Source of the DNA: the human T2T-CHM13v2.0 reference genome, Homo sapiens
Assembly (NCBI RefSeq): GCF_009914755.1
Contig: NC_060927.1
Strand: one strand, 5' to 3'
DNA length: 64,000 nt
Positions 1 to 12,110 of this stretch are shown one piece after another. Each line of letters opens with the position of its first letter. The stretch's first letter is position 1. Position numbers and translations under genes: made by a program. Under the pieces are notes generated by a model. The model made no database searches, was not told the DNA's origin, and worked only from the letters and a program-made list of their open reading frames with translations.

Positions 1-642
1 TGAGCTAACTCATATCAAGTTACTAATATATCCATTTCCCAAGACAGGAAAACCAGGTTATATGTATGAGGCAAGTAGACTGAAAAACAGAGGATGAACG
101 ACAGCCTGGATTTTTTTTTTCAAATTCACATCCTCAAGCAAGAGTCTTTGTTTCTTGTTGCTTCTTTCTGTAATAATGACACCCACAAAGAGAAAAATAA
201 ATGCTTTTTTCCTAGTTAAAAATTTACATTACTCAGTTAAGTAGCAGTGAAAACTGTCCTTGTTTTACTCAATAGATAAAGCAAGTTTACAAGGTGAGAA
301 AAATTTCTCCCCCATTTGAATGCTGTGAAATATATTTTTAAAAGTGTCACAGAAGGAGGGAAGCTAGTTTGCAGGCTCACACATTGGGCTTCCATATTTC
401 TGGTGTCACAAATAAAGTCACTTTTGAGTAGGATGGCTGGTGTTGGTAGAATGTTCTGAGGGATCTCACTAATTTAGTTAAAATCTAAGTAGGTCATATT
501 CCACTACATTGAATATCACACCATAAAAAAGTTGTACAATAGTTTTCCAAGGTGCAGGCACTAATCACTTTTAAAAAGTAACAGAATTTGGTAAAACGCC
601 AGTAAAGAGAATTGGGAACCCTTGGAATCTTTGAAATAGACT

Positions 643-755
643 CACCTAGGTGATGGGTTGCTAGGTGCAGCAAACCACTATGGCACACGTTTACCTTTGT
701 AACAAACCTGCACATCCTGCACATGTACCCCGGAACTTAAAAAATAAAAAATAAA
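643..755 (+). mobile_element. L1PA/L1PB extreme 3' end fragment with A-rich tail
   Basis: cctaggtgatgggttgctaggtgcagcaaaccac...tgtaacaaacctgcacatcctgcacatgtaccc...aacttaaaaaataaa matches the primate L1 3'UTR terminus. Confidence 0.85.
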
Positions 756-1103
756 TGCTCAAATGGAAATCTGTTTTAGTTAAGAAGGGCATAAAACAAG
801 TAAAGCTATTACCAGAGAGTTTATCAGTTTGGCATGGTTAACAAAAGGCAATACGTTCTTTTAGAAATATTTAGTTAATCAATTGAAATTAAACCTAGTT
901 GTGAACCTAGCTTTTCAATTTATTCCATTGACTAGTCTTTGGAGTATTTATTACCTATGAATTATTTTTGGCCTTTAAAAATCAGTTCTCAAAAATTATG
1001 TGGAAACTTTCTTCTGTTTTCAGAGTGTGTATGTCATTAGTGATTTGTGTTGCAGAGTTTAGTTTTCCCTGTTAAAAAATGCGTCTATCGATCTAGCAGC
1101 TTA

Positions 1104-1268
1104 TGCAGGTGTTCTCAAGCATGGATGGATATCAAATTGCCAGTAGAACTTTTTAAACCTATAGCTGCCCAAGCCCCACTTCTCATCCCAATCAGAATCT
1201 CCAGGCACAGGGCCCCACAACCTACTTCCATAAATACTTACCATCCAGCTAGGCTTGAGAACCACTGG
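1104..1268 (-). mobile_element. MER5-type hAT-Charlie MITE
   Basis: Inverted termini caggtgttctcaa ... ttgagaaccactg; internal tcagaatctccaggcacagggccc is typical of MER5. Confidence 0.65.
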
Positions 1269-2317
1269 TTTAATGACAGCAAACAAACTTTTTTTGAGGC
1301 TTTCAAAACATTTTTCTTGCTTAGACATTTCTTTACTCCTGCTGTAGCCAGAACCATTGCTGTGACAGGTTTAACATGTTCCCAGAAACTCTGAATTTTG
1401 TGCGATGCCATCTCTGATAGGGACAATGTGATGAACAATGTCTGAGATTGCTAGGTGGGCTTCACTTCTGGGGATGAGAAGCCAGAGAAGTTCAGGACAC
1501 ACTGACAAAGGTGAAGTTTTCTCTAAGCGACAGTTTGATCACCTTGATAGTGAGAGAGAAATGCTGAAGCAGGGTTATACCACCTGGTTTCAAGAGATGA
1601 GAGATGAAGGTTTTGGAGAATTCAGCACTTAAGAATCTTGAACCACGGCGGTACACTACTGGGTAATAAGAGCTTGGCTACGCTGAACGACAAAGGTTCT
1701 AGCTGGCCAGTCCGAAAACACTGAGTCCTTAGGTCAAATTTGAGAAATGACAGGGCCAGTGGGAGTCCTAACTTCTAGACTCTGGAATTACTGACAGAAG
1801 AATATTTGGACAGTTTTTAAGACCCTCAAGGCATATTATTTTACAACCTCTTTAGCTTATGCCTGAATTTGTGCTGTGACTGTTAGCTTCCCGGATGTTT
1901 TCTCCACATGCTTCTTTCTGAACTAGCCTGTATAGTTCTACAACAAATTGTTACGTTTTGAGAAGCAGGGACCACTTATACCACTTCTCTGGCCAAGTGT
2001 CTGGCACCGCGCCACTCAGACACACACGCCCAACCCTTTAGGATTAACGTAGACACAGTGTTCTCTTCCATGGCCATTCCGTCTCCACTTCTGGTTCCAC
2101 ACTCCAGTCACCAAGTTGGCATGATTGCTGCTCCATAGACCAAGGGTGGGTAATGTGGGGATTAAACACACCTTCCCTCAGCTGGTGCCCAAACTGTAAG
2201 CATCACCGGGACACCCCATGTAGCCACAGGAACGCTTCTCATCAGTGGAAGAAGGACAAGAAAGGTCGTGCAAGTTTCAAATTACGTGGAGCTGGGGCTA
2301 CAGCCATTACTTTCGGA

Positions 2318-2485
2318 CAGGTGCAATTCAAAGCGTGATCCTCCGACCAAGAGCTTCGTCATCGCCACCTGGGAGCTTATTAGAAATGCAGGATCTCAGG
2401 TCTCCACCCCAGACCTTCTGGATCAGAATCCGCATTTTAACAAGAGAGTCAAGTGATTCTTATTTATATTAGAATTTGAGAAGTC
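2318..2485 (+). mobile_element. MER5A hAT-Charlie MITE
   Basis: cacctgggagcttattagaaatgcaggatctcagg...cagaatccgcattttaacaag...ttgagaag. Confidence 0.8.
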
Positions 2486-2564
2486 AATTGATCTGGTAAT
2501 TGATCAACTGAGTGCCACTTAGCCCCCGAAAACAGAGACCCTTTGTGCCCGCCTCGCACCCGCT

Positions 2565-2718
2565 CTGCTAGGTAGCAACCGAACCCCCAGAGACATCGGA
2601 GCGGGCGCTGCCGAGGGCAATTTGGTGATTGGCTGGTCTCACCACGTGACCGGCGCTGAGCCTTCCGTGCGACCGGATTGGCTGTCGCGGACGCTGACGG
2701 ACAAGGCCGGGGCGGGCC
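2565..2718. promoter_or_regulatory. TATA-less proximal promoter motifs: RFX-like X-box, two reverse CCAAT boxes, E-box, GC box
   Basis: ctgctaggtagcaac 2565-2579; ATTGG 2628-2632 and 2677-2681 (both gATTGGctg); CACGTGac 2643-2650; ggggcgggcc 2709-2718. Confidence 0.65.
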
Positions 2719-2798
2719 AGAGCCTGGTCGGAGGGGCGCGCGCGGGGGCCCGAGGGGCGAAGGCGCGAGTGCGCGAGAGCGCGTGCGCGAGCGGTGGG

Positions 2799-2843
2799 GC
2801 TTTCTCCTGAGCCGTCGGAGGGAGCCGGAGCGCTTCTCCCGAG
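2799..2843 (+). other. TMEM108: Non-coding first exon (5'UTR); start approximate, 3' boundary at donor
   Basis: Strong donor GAG|GTAAGC at 2843/2844 downstream of the promoter motifs; no ATG; G-runs follow in the intron. Confidence 0.7.
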
Positions 2844-4579
2844 GTAAGCGGCGCTCCGGGGCGTCCCCCCAGTCCTTCCCATGCTGGGTCCCGGCAAGCG
2901 GGTTAGGCTGGGCTGGGCGGGGCTCGGGGAGGTGTGGGGTCAGCTTGCCCCGGGAGCCCAGCTTCAGGGAGGATGCAGCCCCGGTTGCCTTGGTTTCCCT
3001 TTTCCTATCCTCTCAGGCACCTTCCCATCCTCCCCACTGCGTGACGGGTCTGCCCGAGGGGAGTTGCCCACCTGGCAGCCCTGCCTCCGCCTTTGTTTCC
3101 CGCCTGGAGGGTTGCTGGCATGAACCCCCTCCCCAGGTGGAGGGTGCGGGTGATGGGGCGCGGGCGTCAGGAGCGCTGGACCTGGGCTGGGGCCGAGGAG
3201 GAGGTGGCTTTAATGCAGGGGGACCTGTCACATGGGGAAACGAAGAAGAAGAAATGTAGTGTCACTTTGGCCAGCCCGAGGGACTCGAACTAATCCTGCG
3301 GCCGCGAGCGGAGCCGAATTCCTAGCGCAGCTGTGCGAAGAGCCCTCCTGCCTAGGTGCCGGCGGCCTCGCCGGGGACGGAGCCTCCGTGCTGCCCGGGA
3401 GGTTGCTCTGCCGGCTGGACCTGGCGGTTTTCACCCCAGAGTTGCAGCGAAATTGAACGCTTTGAGCCTGCTGGAGGAATCCAGAGATTGGTTCAGGGGC
3501 TATTTTTTTTTTTAAGCAGTTGGGCACCGGTGGAGCCGGTCTAAATGAAAGTCTACAAAAACCAATTTCAGATGCAGCGTAACTGATGACTGGTAAATGG
3601 TGAGGAGGGAAATGCCTGCAGTGAACTGCAGACCACCACACTGAGATTCTTCCTTAAGAAGATAGGGGTTTTTTTCGGAGGAAAGGTTGTAGTTTCTGCA
3701 AACAGGTTTTTCTGGGGGTACCCAGGAAGGTTATTACTTATTTTCAGCATGTTACTGGGTTGTGGGGAGAGGGAAGGCAGGGTCTAAACTAAACCTACTC
3801 ACACGTCCTTAATTCTTTGAAAAGTGTGTGCTCGATGAAGACCATTTGGCTGCCAAAAGAGGTTTGTATGGGAGTCCGGGGGAGATGGATTGTTGCCTTT
3901 AAATCATACTTTAAAAAGGGGAAGGTATGTCCAGGAACTTAAGAGCAGGTCAAGCTATGGAAAGTATTCCCTGCCTCTCCTCCATTTCCCCAGACAGCTC
4001 ATAGGCAAACATAAAAAGTCCCTTCAATTTTCCACGGGTTAACTTCTTGATTTGTTGGATACACCTGGTAATCTACTCTGTAAGAAATGGTTCAACTAAC
4101 TCATTATGAAGATATTACTGTGTTCTGGACTTTCCACGTAATTTATTCAGAACTCTTTCTGGTATGAGATGGATAAGGGTCTCTCTACCTTGTCCCTTGG
4201 AGACATCCTGATACCTTCAAAGCCCTTTATAGCTCTTACATTCCCTGTACAACAACATGTTTCTTTAGGAAATGACCTGATTTCAAACCTCTAAAACACA
4301 CCCCATGCCTGTGAAATGCCTACACTTGCCAAGAATTCAGTTTACTAGGCAAGATAAATATATTTTTTTAAGAGGGAACACCTAAATTTGTTAGGGGTAT
4401 CAAATTCAGGTTTATCAGCCACCGGAAATCAAATTTTGTCGGTTTTCTGAGATGAATGAAAGTAAAAGAACAAGTTGCTGCAAAGCTCATTTAGAATATC
4501 ACAAATGACCCTAGTAAAGTGAAATATAGGTTGTCACCTGATAGACTTCACACAAACCAAATTAGTGGGAATAATTTAA

Positions 4580-4909
<330 letters not shown>

Positions 4910-7089
4910 AGAAAATTTTTTTTTTTAAGTGGCATGGAGTAGAGGGGAGAAAAGAATGCTGAGGGTGAGGTAGGTGGCATAGTATACACTTTTATTTTCA
5001 GAGGAGAGAAATTAATCTTTGTTCCATAAACCGCAAAGGGTATGCATTGTTTGTTTGGCCTGCGGAAGGGAGGCAGGGATTTTGAAAAGGTTGGGAAACA
5101 CTGATTAGGTTATGCAAGGGACAACAAAAAGATTAACAAGCTTAGTCCATCTAGCAACGTACTTCAGTGACCTATAGGACAAGGTTTTATTCTCTGATTC
5201 AATAAAAGCCCACTAGTGTTGCTTTCAAAGCAGCAACAAAATCATTTCCTTTCTGTCGTTTCTGTCCCCTGGGTCAGGGACGGGGAACATAGAGAGTGAA
5301 TGAGAGAGATTAGAGTCCGACCTGCATGCCTAAGCAGTAGTGTCCTCTGAGGAGGATCTGTGTCACATTGTGTAAGTATAAGAGCCTTCATATTGAGAGG
5401 GATCTGAGTACCTTCCTTAGGACACATGCTGTAAGATACAGCTGGATAACAGAGCCACAGGTGGGGGCACTGGGTGAGATCATCTGATAGGGAAGCATTG
5501 GGGAAAGAGGAGAGCCAGGAAATGTTTAATTCAGTGGGGCTCTGCTGGCTGCTTTTGGATCCTTGAGGAGGCATTTCAAGGCAGAGCTGCCTCATTGGCT
5601 AGCCTGGCTGGCTTTATGTGGCTTCCAGAGGACCTGCCATTCACAAGATGAAAGCTCCTGTGGTAGTTACACGTCTCAGGTTGTAAGCATCAGTTATGCT
5701 TGTAATGTGCTTGAGAAAAGAAGGGCTCACAGAGACCTAAATCTAGGCTGCCGTTCCTTCACTTGGCTCATGTCACCCCCCAGGGCTCCCAGAAAACAAG
5801 TTGTACCCTCCTTACCAGTAGATGGCACTGCTGCCCCTGGGAATTCCTGGAGGAGCTGAACTATGGAGCTGGCAAACCAGCAGTGTGTAGCCTCTAGTCA
5901 GAAGATTTTGAAAGGCTATGTCAGCCCTCAAACGAAATCTCAAAGAAAATAGTTCTGAAAGCCATAACTGTTTACATAAGGTAGGAATAACGTGTGTCAT
6001 GGGGATTGAGGAATGGCTGTGATTACATTGACTGTACATGTGCGTTTCTGAAGGGAGAAGGCAGAGAGTAAACTGACAAGCATCATAGCATAGGCTTTAA
6101 ACGCACCCGGCATATGTATTGGTTAATTAAACATAATAATCATGATTTGATCCAACTTTCCAACAACTTAATCGTTTCTAATTATTTGCATGTGAAGCTA
6201 GTCTACACACATGGATGGGACTATGGAAATATACATGTGACTTTTAAACCTGAACAGTAGCTGGTAAGTACATGCTCTGAAGACAGCAGTGAGAGTATTA
6301 GTAAAAATAATGCTGATAAAGTAGTCACTATATTTCAGGGCTGTCCACAGAAGATAGGTCAAAACAATTCTTAATTCGTTTCTTCTAAAACTTGAAAATT
6401 CCTAATGTGTTTTTAGATCTTCTTAGTTAATGTGGACCTTTCAATATTATATTAGCAGCCCCAAACTTGTGCTTTGGTTTTAATGATGTTATTAGTCAGG
6501 GTTAATTCATCCATCCACCTATTTTGAAATAACTATTCTTTGTTCTCTAGCTGTTATTTACTGTTCTTTGAGATGGGAAGGTTATAGTGTATAATGAGGG
6601 CCCCGGCTTTGACTCTGCCTGAGGTATAGGATGCTACCTCTAGGTGCAATTACCCCAGTCACCTGCTGCTTTGTGTAGTTCCCATCCTATGGCTTAGGTT
6701 ATTTGAGGTTTCTTTCTGTCTCTCAAGTGAACTGATGAGCTTGTCTTTACTACCAATGCTAAATACTAAAATCCTGCTTGTGCTAGGTAGTGGTAGGCCA
6801 ACAGTCCATTAATGCCATCTTATTATGTGACTAAAAATAAATCTATTCACCTTTCTGAACCTTACTTTTATCACCTGAGATTGATGAGATGGTGGATGTC
6901 TCTTAAAATCTCTTCCAAGTCTAAAGTTATATGGTTAGGTGATTCTCATAAGTTATTTCTGAAGACTAAAAATTATTTATAAAATATTTTCATACTGTGA
7001 GCTTAGGGCAAAAAGAAGTCTTGCTAATGTTTCCTCCCAGAAAAGTGGTTGTGCATTACCTTAGGATCCTAACAGTTCAGAGTAGGAAG

Positions 7090-7250
7090 AAACTCTTGAA
7101 GATGATTTAACTTAACCTTCTCAATTTATAGACAGCTCAGTTCAGAGTTGAGTTTCTTGACCAAGGTAACAGAGCTAGTTAGTGGCAGAGAACTAGTTAG
7201 AGGACTAGGATGCAAGCTCAGGACTCAATATAGTTTTCCCTTCTCCAATG
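7090..7250 (-). mobile_element. MIR
   Basis: ccaaggtaacagagctagttagtggcagag is the antisense MIR core. Confidence 0.6.
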
Positions 7251-7543
7251 CTGCTTTATTTCATCTGCCATCAGGCCACAGAATATGCTGTGTCTACAGG
7301 GCTGGGGCCAAGAAAATTTTCTGAGTAATTCCTTAATGTAGGGCTTTAAAGCAACAGCATGAATAGCTTTGAGTTTTGGCAGAAGTTCAAGGTCAGGCTT
7401 CTCTTTGCAGCTCATTCTTTTCTTCACTGATTGATTGTGAGCAGGATTTTTCACTGCGCATCTTTAGGCTTTAAAAACTTTTCTGCATATGCTGTTTCCT
7501 GTAAGAAAAAACTTTCATCATCCTAGAAGAATCATTCCTCAAT

Positions 7544-7744
7544 CAGATGTTCTTAAGTTGGGTCCATGGACTCCCCAACATCTCTCTGGATAGGAGAATC
7601 TTTCATATAATTCACTTCATTTGTAATCTTATGTATTTGATCTTATACATTTCACACATAATTCTGAGAAGGAGGTCCTTAGGCTTCAAGAGACTACAAA
7701 AGAGGTCTGTGGCACACACACACAAAATAGGGTAAGAATTCTGA
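7544..7744. mobile_element. hAT-Charlie element (Charlie4-like)
   Basis: gggtccatggactcccc...ttctgagaaggaggtcc...gtctgtggcaca...gtaagaa. Confidence 0.55.
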
Positions 7745-8929
7745 GTTCTTGTCTGAGGAGCTAAAAGACATTAGGGTGGAAGAGTGTTAGGGGTAAGATA
7801 TGGGGTAAACTTATTGAAGTTTGTAGGAACATTTTTACCTTTTAAAAAATTGCTCACTAAATGATGCTAATAGCATTTTACCCATCTTAAATTAATAATG
7901 TATATGCGAGTATTGATTTCCATTTATCATTCCTTCCTCAATAAGTACTCTTTCCTAATTTTACCAAAACACTTTCAAATTCATGTTGCTTTATTGGCGA
8001 TGACATGCATACTAAGAGGCTCCCTTCTCCCCCAATCTGACTTGATTTCCAGATGTTCAGTTCCCTTCTAATTCATGACTTGGAGTTTTTGACTTCTGAG
8101 GTAGTACACCTCATGTTCAACTCTAGGCTCCTAGGACTCACCATGATCCCAGAGAGGCAAAATAATTTACATGCTAGGAATTAAAAAAAAATCCTTAGGT
8201 TCCTTTATTTGTACCCAGGGTTTACCACAGAAATTGCTGCTCCTCCTTGGCTAATTATTTTCCTTTTCTATTTGTAATCCCAAATTCTCACTTTTCCTAA
8301 TTGTTTCCAAATAAGAGTGACTGGGAGTTTGTATGTATTGGAAATAAAAATCCTTGTTTAAAACATGCAAAATTTTTGAATTTTGAAGAACATTTGCTTG
8401 AAAATCTCTTGCTTTGTGTCCTGTGACACCTTGCCTACTTTTGGTGCCATGGTGACCCATGTTGGTGAATTCACCTGCTGGCATCTTTTTGGCTATGTAT
8501 CTTTTTGGCCAAAGTAATATTTATTATTGCTTTAGTAGAAGAATAGAAATTACCTTTTCTTCTTTAGAAGGTTATATTTGGGTTTATGTAATAACCTAAT
8601 TATGTTATGTAATGTCAATTTTCTGCATTCTAATCTCAGTATATTGCTGAGTTATTTTGAGATTTTGGGGGCATGATTGATTTCTCTGAGCTTGTTTCCT
8701 TGTTTGGAAAATAAGGGGAGAGAGTAGGAGAGTCGTGACTACTTTGTTTCCTGTTCCAAAATCCTGTGACTCTAAGAAATTGTACCTGGTACCCAGACTA
8801 AACATATCCTAAAAAATGCTGCCTAATTGGGAATTTATTTATAATCAATTAGTGCCAGGATAATAATTCTTTATATCTGCAAATCATTTTATGGTTTTCA
8901 AAAATGTTCTCTAATCCTGTATCTATTTT

Positions 8930-9083
8930 CTACTCAAAATGCCAAAGGACAACAGCATCAGTATTATGTGGGAGCTGGTTAGAAATGCAGAATCTCTGGC
9001 TTCACCCATGACCTAACAAACCCGAACCTGCATTTTTATCAAGATGCCTTGAGGATGCACATGCACCTTAAAGTCCAAGAAGT
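8930..9083 (+). mobile_element. MER5A
   Basis: cagcatcagtattatgtgggagctggttagaaatgcagaatctctggc...ctgcatttttatcaagat. Confidence 0.75.
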
Positions 9084-9675
<592 letters not shown>

Positions 9676-9679
9676 CTTT

Positions 9680-9820
9680 TGAGTCTTACATTGGCCCTAT
9701 GAGAGAGGAACAGTATTTTACAGTTGAGGAAACTGAGACTCAGAGTAGTTAAGTAACTAAGTCAAGGTTACTGTGCTAGTGTCTCACTCAGAACCCTCTA
9801 CTCTAAACTTAATGCTGTCT
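9680..9820 (-). mobile_element. MIR
   Basis: ttttacagttgaggaaactgagactcagagtagttaagtaact. Confidence 0.7.
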
Positions 9821-9849
9821 TTCTTCATGATTGGGCTGAAGTCACTTTT

Positions 9850-10235
9850 GTACAATGGAGTCTGGTCACTGCCCTGCAGCCCATAAGGTTAAGTGTGACT
9901 GTGTAATTGAGTTTTAGCCAACCAACAGAATGTGATGGAAGTGGAAAAGTATTGTGATCCACTTCTAGGAAAAAAAGCACAGAGAATGCTCATGCAAGCT
10001 TCTTCATACTGTTTTCCATTCTTAGCTGACTGGAATGGAGAGGACCCATAGGGCAACCTTGGAAATTATGTTTTAAACATGGCAGGACTTTTGTCAGCGT
10101 GGGTACCTGGATCACTGCATTAGGTCCACCCCACCTACATATTCACCTGTCCAGTATGCATACATGAATCAGAAATAAATTTTTATTGAACTTGAGCTAT
10201 TATACATGTTTGGGTAAGCACTTAGTCTACTCTCA
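9850..10235 (+). mobile_element. Old MLT1 (ERVL-MaLR) solo LTR
   Basis: gagttttagccaa...cagaatgtga...cacttctagg...agaaataaatttttattg resembles the MLT1G-J layout. Confidence 0.5.
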
Positions 10236-10309
10236 TATTCACTTCAGCAGTGACTTGGGACTTGAAGTTCCTTTGGCCTAATGCATTTTTTCATTTTCAT
10301 CTTTGCCAG

Positions 10310-10428
10310 TTGGTGATAGATTGGTGGTCATCCAACATGCAGAAATGAATGAGCAGTGAAAAGCAGCAGAGCCGATGGGTCATGAGGATGTAAGTGCGTT
10401 TGAAGGCTTCCACACCCTCTACTCCAGG
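10310..10428 (+). other. TMEM108: 5'UTR exon 2 (119 nt)
   Basis: Branch-like cctaat ~10277, polypyrimidine tract and ttgccag| acceptor at 10309; donor AGG|GTAAGG at 10428; sequence recalled from the TMEM108 mRNA leader (unverified here). Confidence 0.8.
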
Positions 10429-11898
10429 GTAAGGCAAAGGCATTCTCTGCCATTGTTTTTCTTGCTTTTCCAATTCATAGAGGCTATTGTCTCACCTGTC
10501 TCTTGGAGTCAGTGCAATATGATGCCCTGTCTGTGAAAGGCTCCTAAAAGCCTTTATTGATTCAACTCATAGATACCATGCAAATCAGCAGTTATGAAGA
10601 GAAAACCATGACCGAGGTGATGGGATGGAATCTATGCATGGAAATATTTCAAAACAGGAGTTTTTAGTGAGTTCGTTTAGGGTGTGATTTATATGGGAGG
10701 GGCTGTTGAGCCCTCTTGAGGTGCACTGTAAAGATGGGAACAGGGCCTGATTATCATTTCCTTATAGCCATGTCATATGTTAGCTCTGGTAGCTCCTGTT
10801 TCCCTCACCTACCACCTTCTTTCTTCTTTGATTACTCTGCTTAACTTTTGCTTCATTAATCACTTTTTTAGTGAAGGAAATAACTTCTCAAAGTGTTGAA
10901 AATTCCAGATTTGGTGTATAATAGCACTAGCAAAGTACATGGTTTTGCCTGTTCCATTTTATTTTATCCAGCATCACTGGAAGTCACATGCCCATTCATG
11001 CCTCATCTATTTGCAGCCCCTAGTACAATGCATGTGGGCACTGGCAATGTTATAACCAAAACTGGTTTTGAATTTTCACTTGTGCTGCAGATTTTTGAGA
11101 CCAGAAGGAGAAATTAACTGTTTGGTGTGGAAAGGACATCACATCCTTTCTGAGCTCTCCAATTTCTAGAGCTTAAACTAAAACCAGCCTCCTTGAAGGG
11201 AAAATTATGATTCATATAAATATAAGAAAAGCTGAGGATGGTTAAGAATGAGGGATAGGAGGTTAAAGAAACATACTTAACTGAAGGGTTGTTTTAAGCA
11301 GCTTGGCTCAATACTGCTGAACCTTTGCTAGATAATGTCCCATTATCCAGGCTCAGACAGAGGGCACCCAGAAAAGGCTGGTATCTTTCGGGGCCTCATG
11401 TGGCTCAGTAATGAGTACAATTTACTGAACAAAATAGACAATTAGAGGATGGAGATCTCTGGAGATTCCAATAAATGTACATCATTATTGCTCTAAAGTG
11501 ATGCACATGCTTGGAGATAAAGCAAAGAAAGGGCAGCTGCAAAGTACGTCAGCAGAAGAGTCCAGGTGAGCAGCCCGATGCAGACTATAGCTCAGCACCT
11601 GGAGGTAGCTAAGAAAAGGAGCTGGTCTTTTCTAGATTTTCTCATTAAAAGAAAGGAGCTGGTCTTTGCTAACTTTGCTCAATTTCCTCTATATCCTGTA
11701 TATCCTGTATTTTAAAAGTATATCCTGTATATCCTCTATTTTAAAAGTAACTAAAAAGTATAGCATGTCAGAAATAGCACTTGGCTGGTATGTTGCTGTG
11801 TAAATACTATACAAGGACTACATTGTGGAGGGAGCCATTCTTTAATTATTGATTTGGGGTCAAATAAAGTAATGCTAGAGATGCCAGTGGACCAGAGT

Positions 11899-12110
11899 TA
11901 GTTTCTCAACCTTACACTATTTATTGACACTTTGAGCCAGGCAATTCTTGTGTGGAGTGTCCTGTGCATTGTAGGATGTTCAGCAGTGTCTTTGACCTCC
12001 ACCCACGAAATGCCAGTATCTCCCTCCCTGTTTGTGACAATCAGAAATGTCTCCAGACATTGCCAAATGTCCCCTGGAGAGCAGAATTGCCCCTGGTTGA
12101 GAAACACTGC
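11899..12110. mobile_element. MER20 (hAT-Charlie)
   Basis: tgtcctgtgcattgtaggatgttcagcag...aatgtctccagacattgccaaatgtcccctgg...ggttgagaaacactg. Confidence 0.9.

Larger units (their letters stand above)
2545..3450. promoter_or_regulatory. TMEM108: CpG island promoter (probably TMEM108)
   Basis: Sharp rise in GC and CpG density; contains first-exon donor; gene name inferred from recalled exon 2 sequence. Confidence 0.85.

Noticed and set aside
1047-1632. Overlapping ORFs upstream of the promoter, considered as a possible processed pseudogene
   Set aside because: No recognisable protein similarity, poly-A or TSD; partly MER5-derived
2568-3641. Long ORFs in the CpG island (193, 137 and 109 aa)
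   Set aside because: Low-complexity R/G/P/A translations expected from stop-poor GC-rich DNA; non-ATG starts; two span the exon 1 donor; no recognisable domain
10174-10179. Sense AATAAA in an old MLT1 LTR before exon 2
   Set aside because: The hexamer is common in AT-rich introns; no clear downstream GU-rich element
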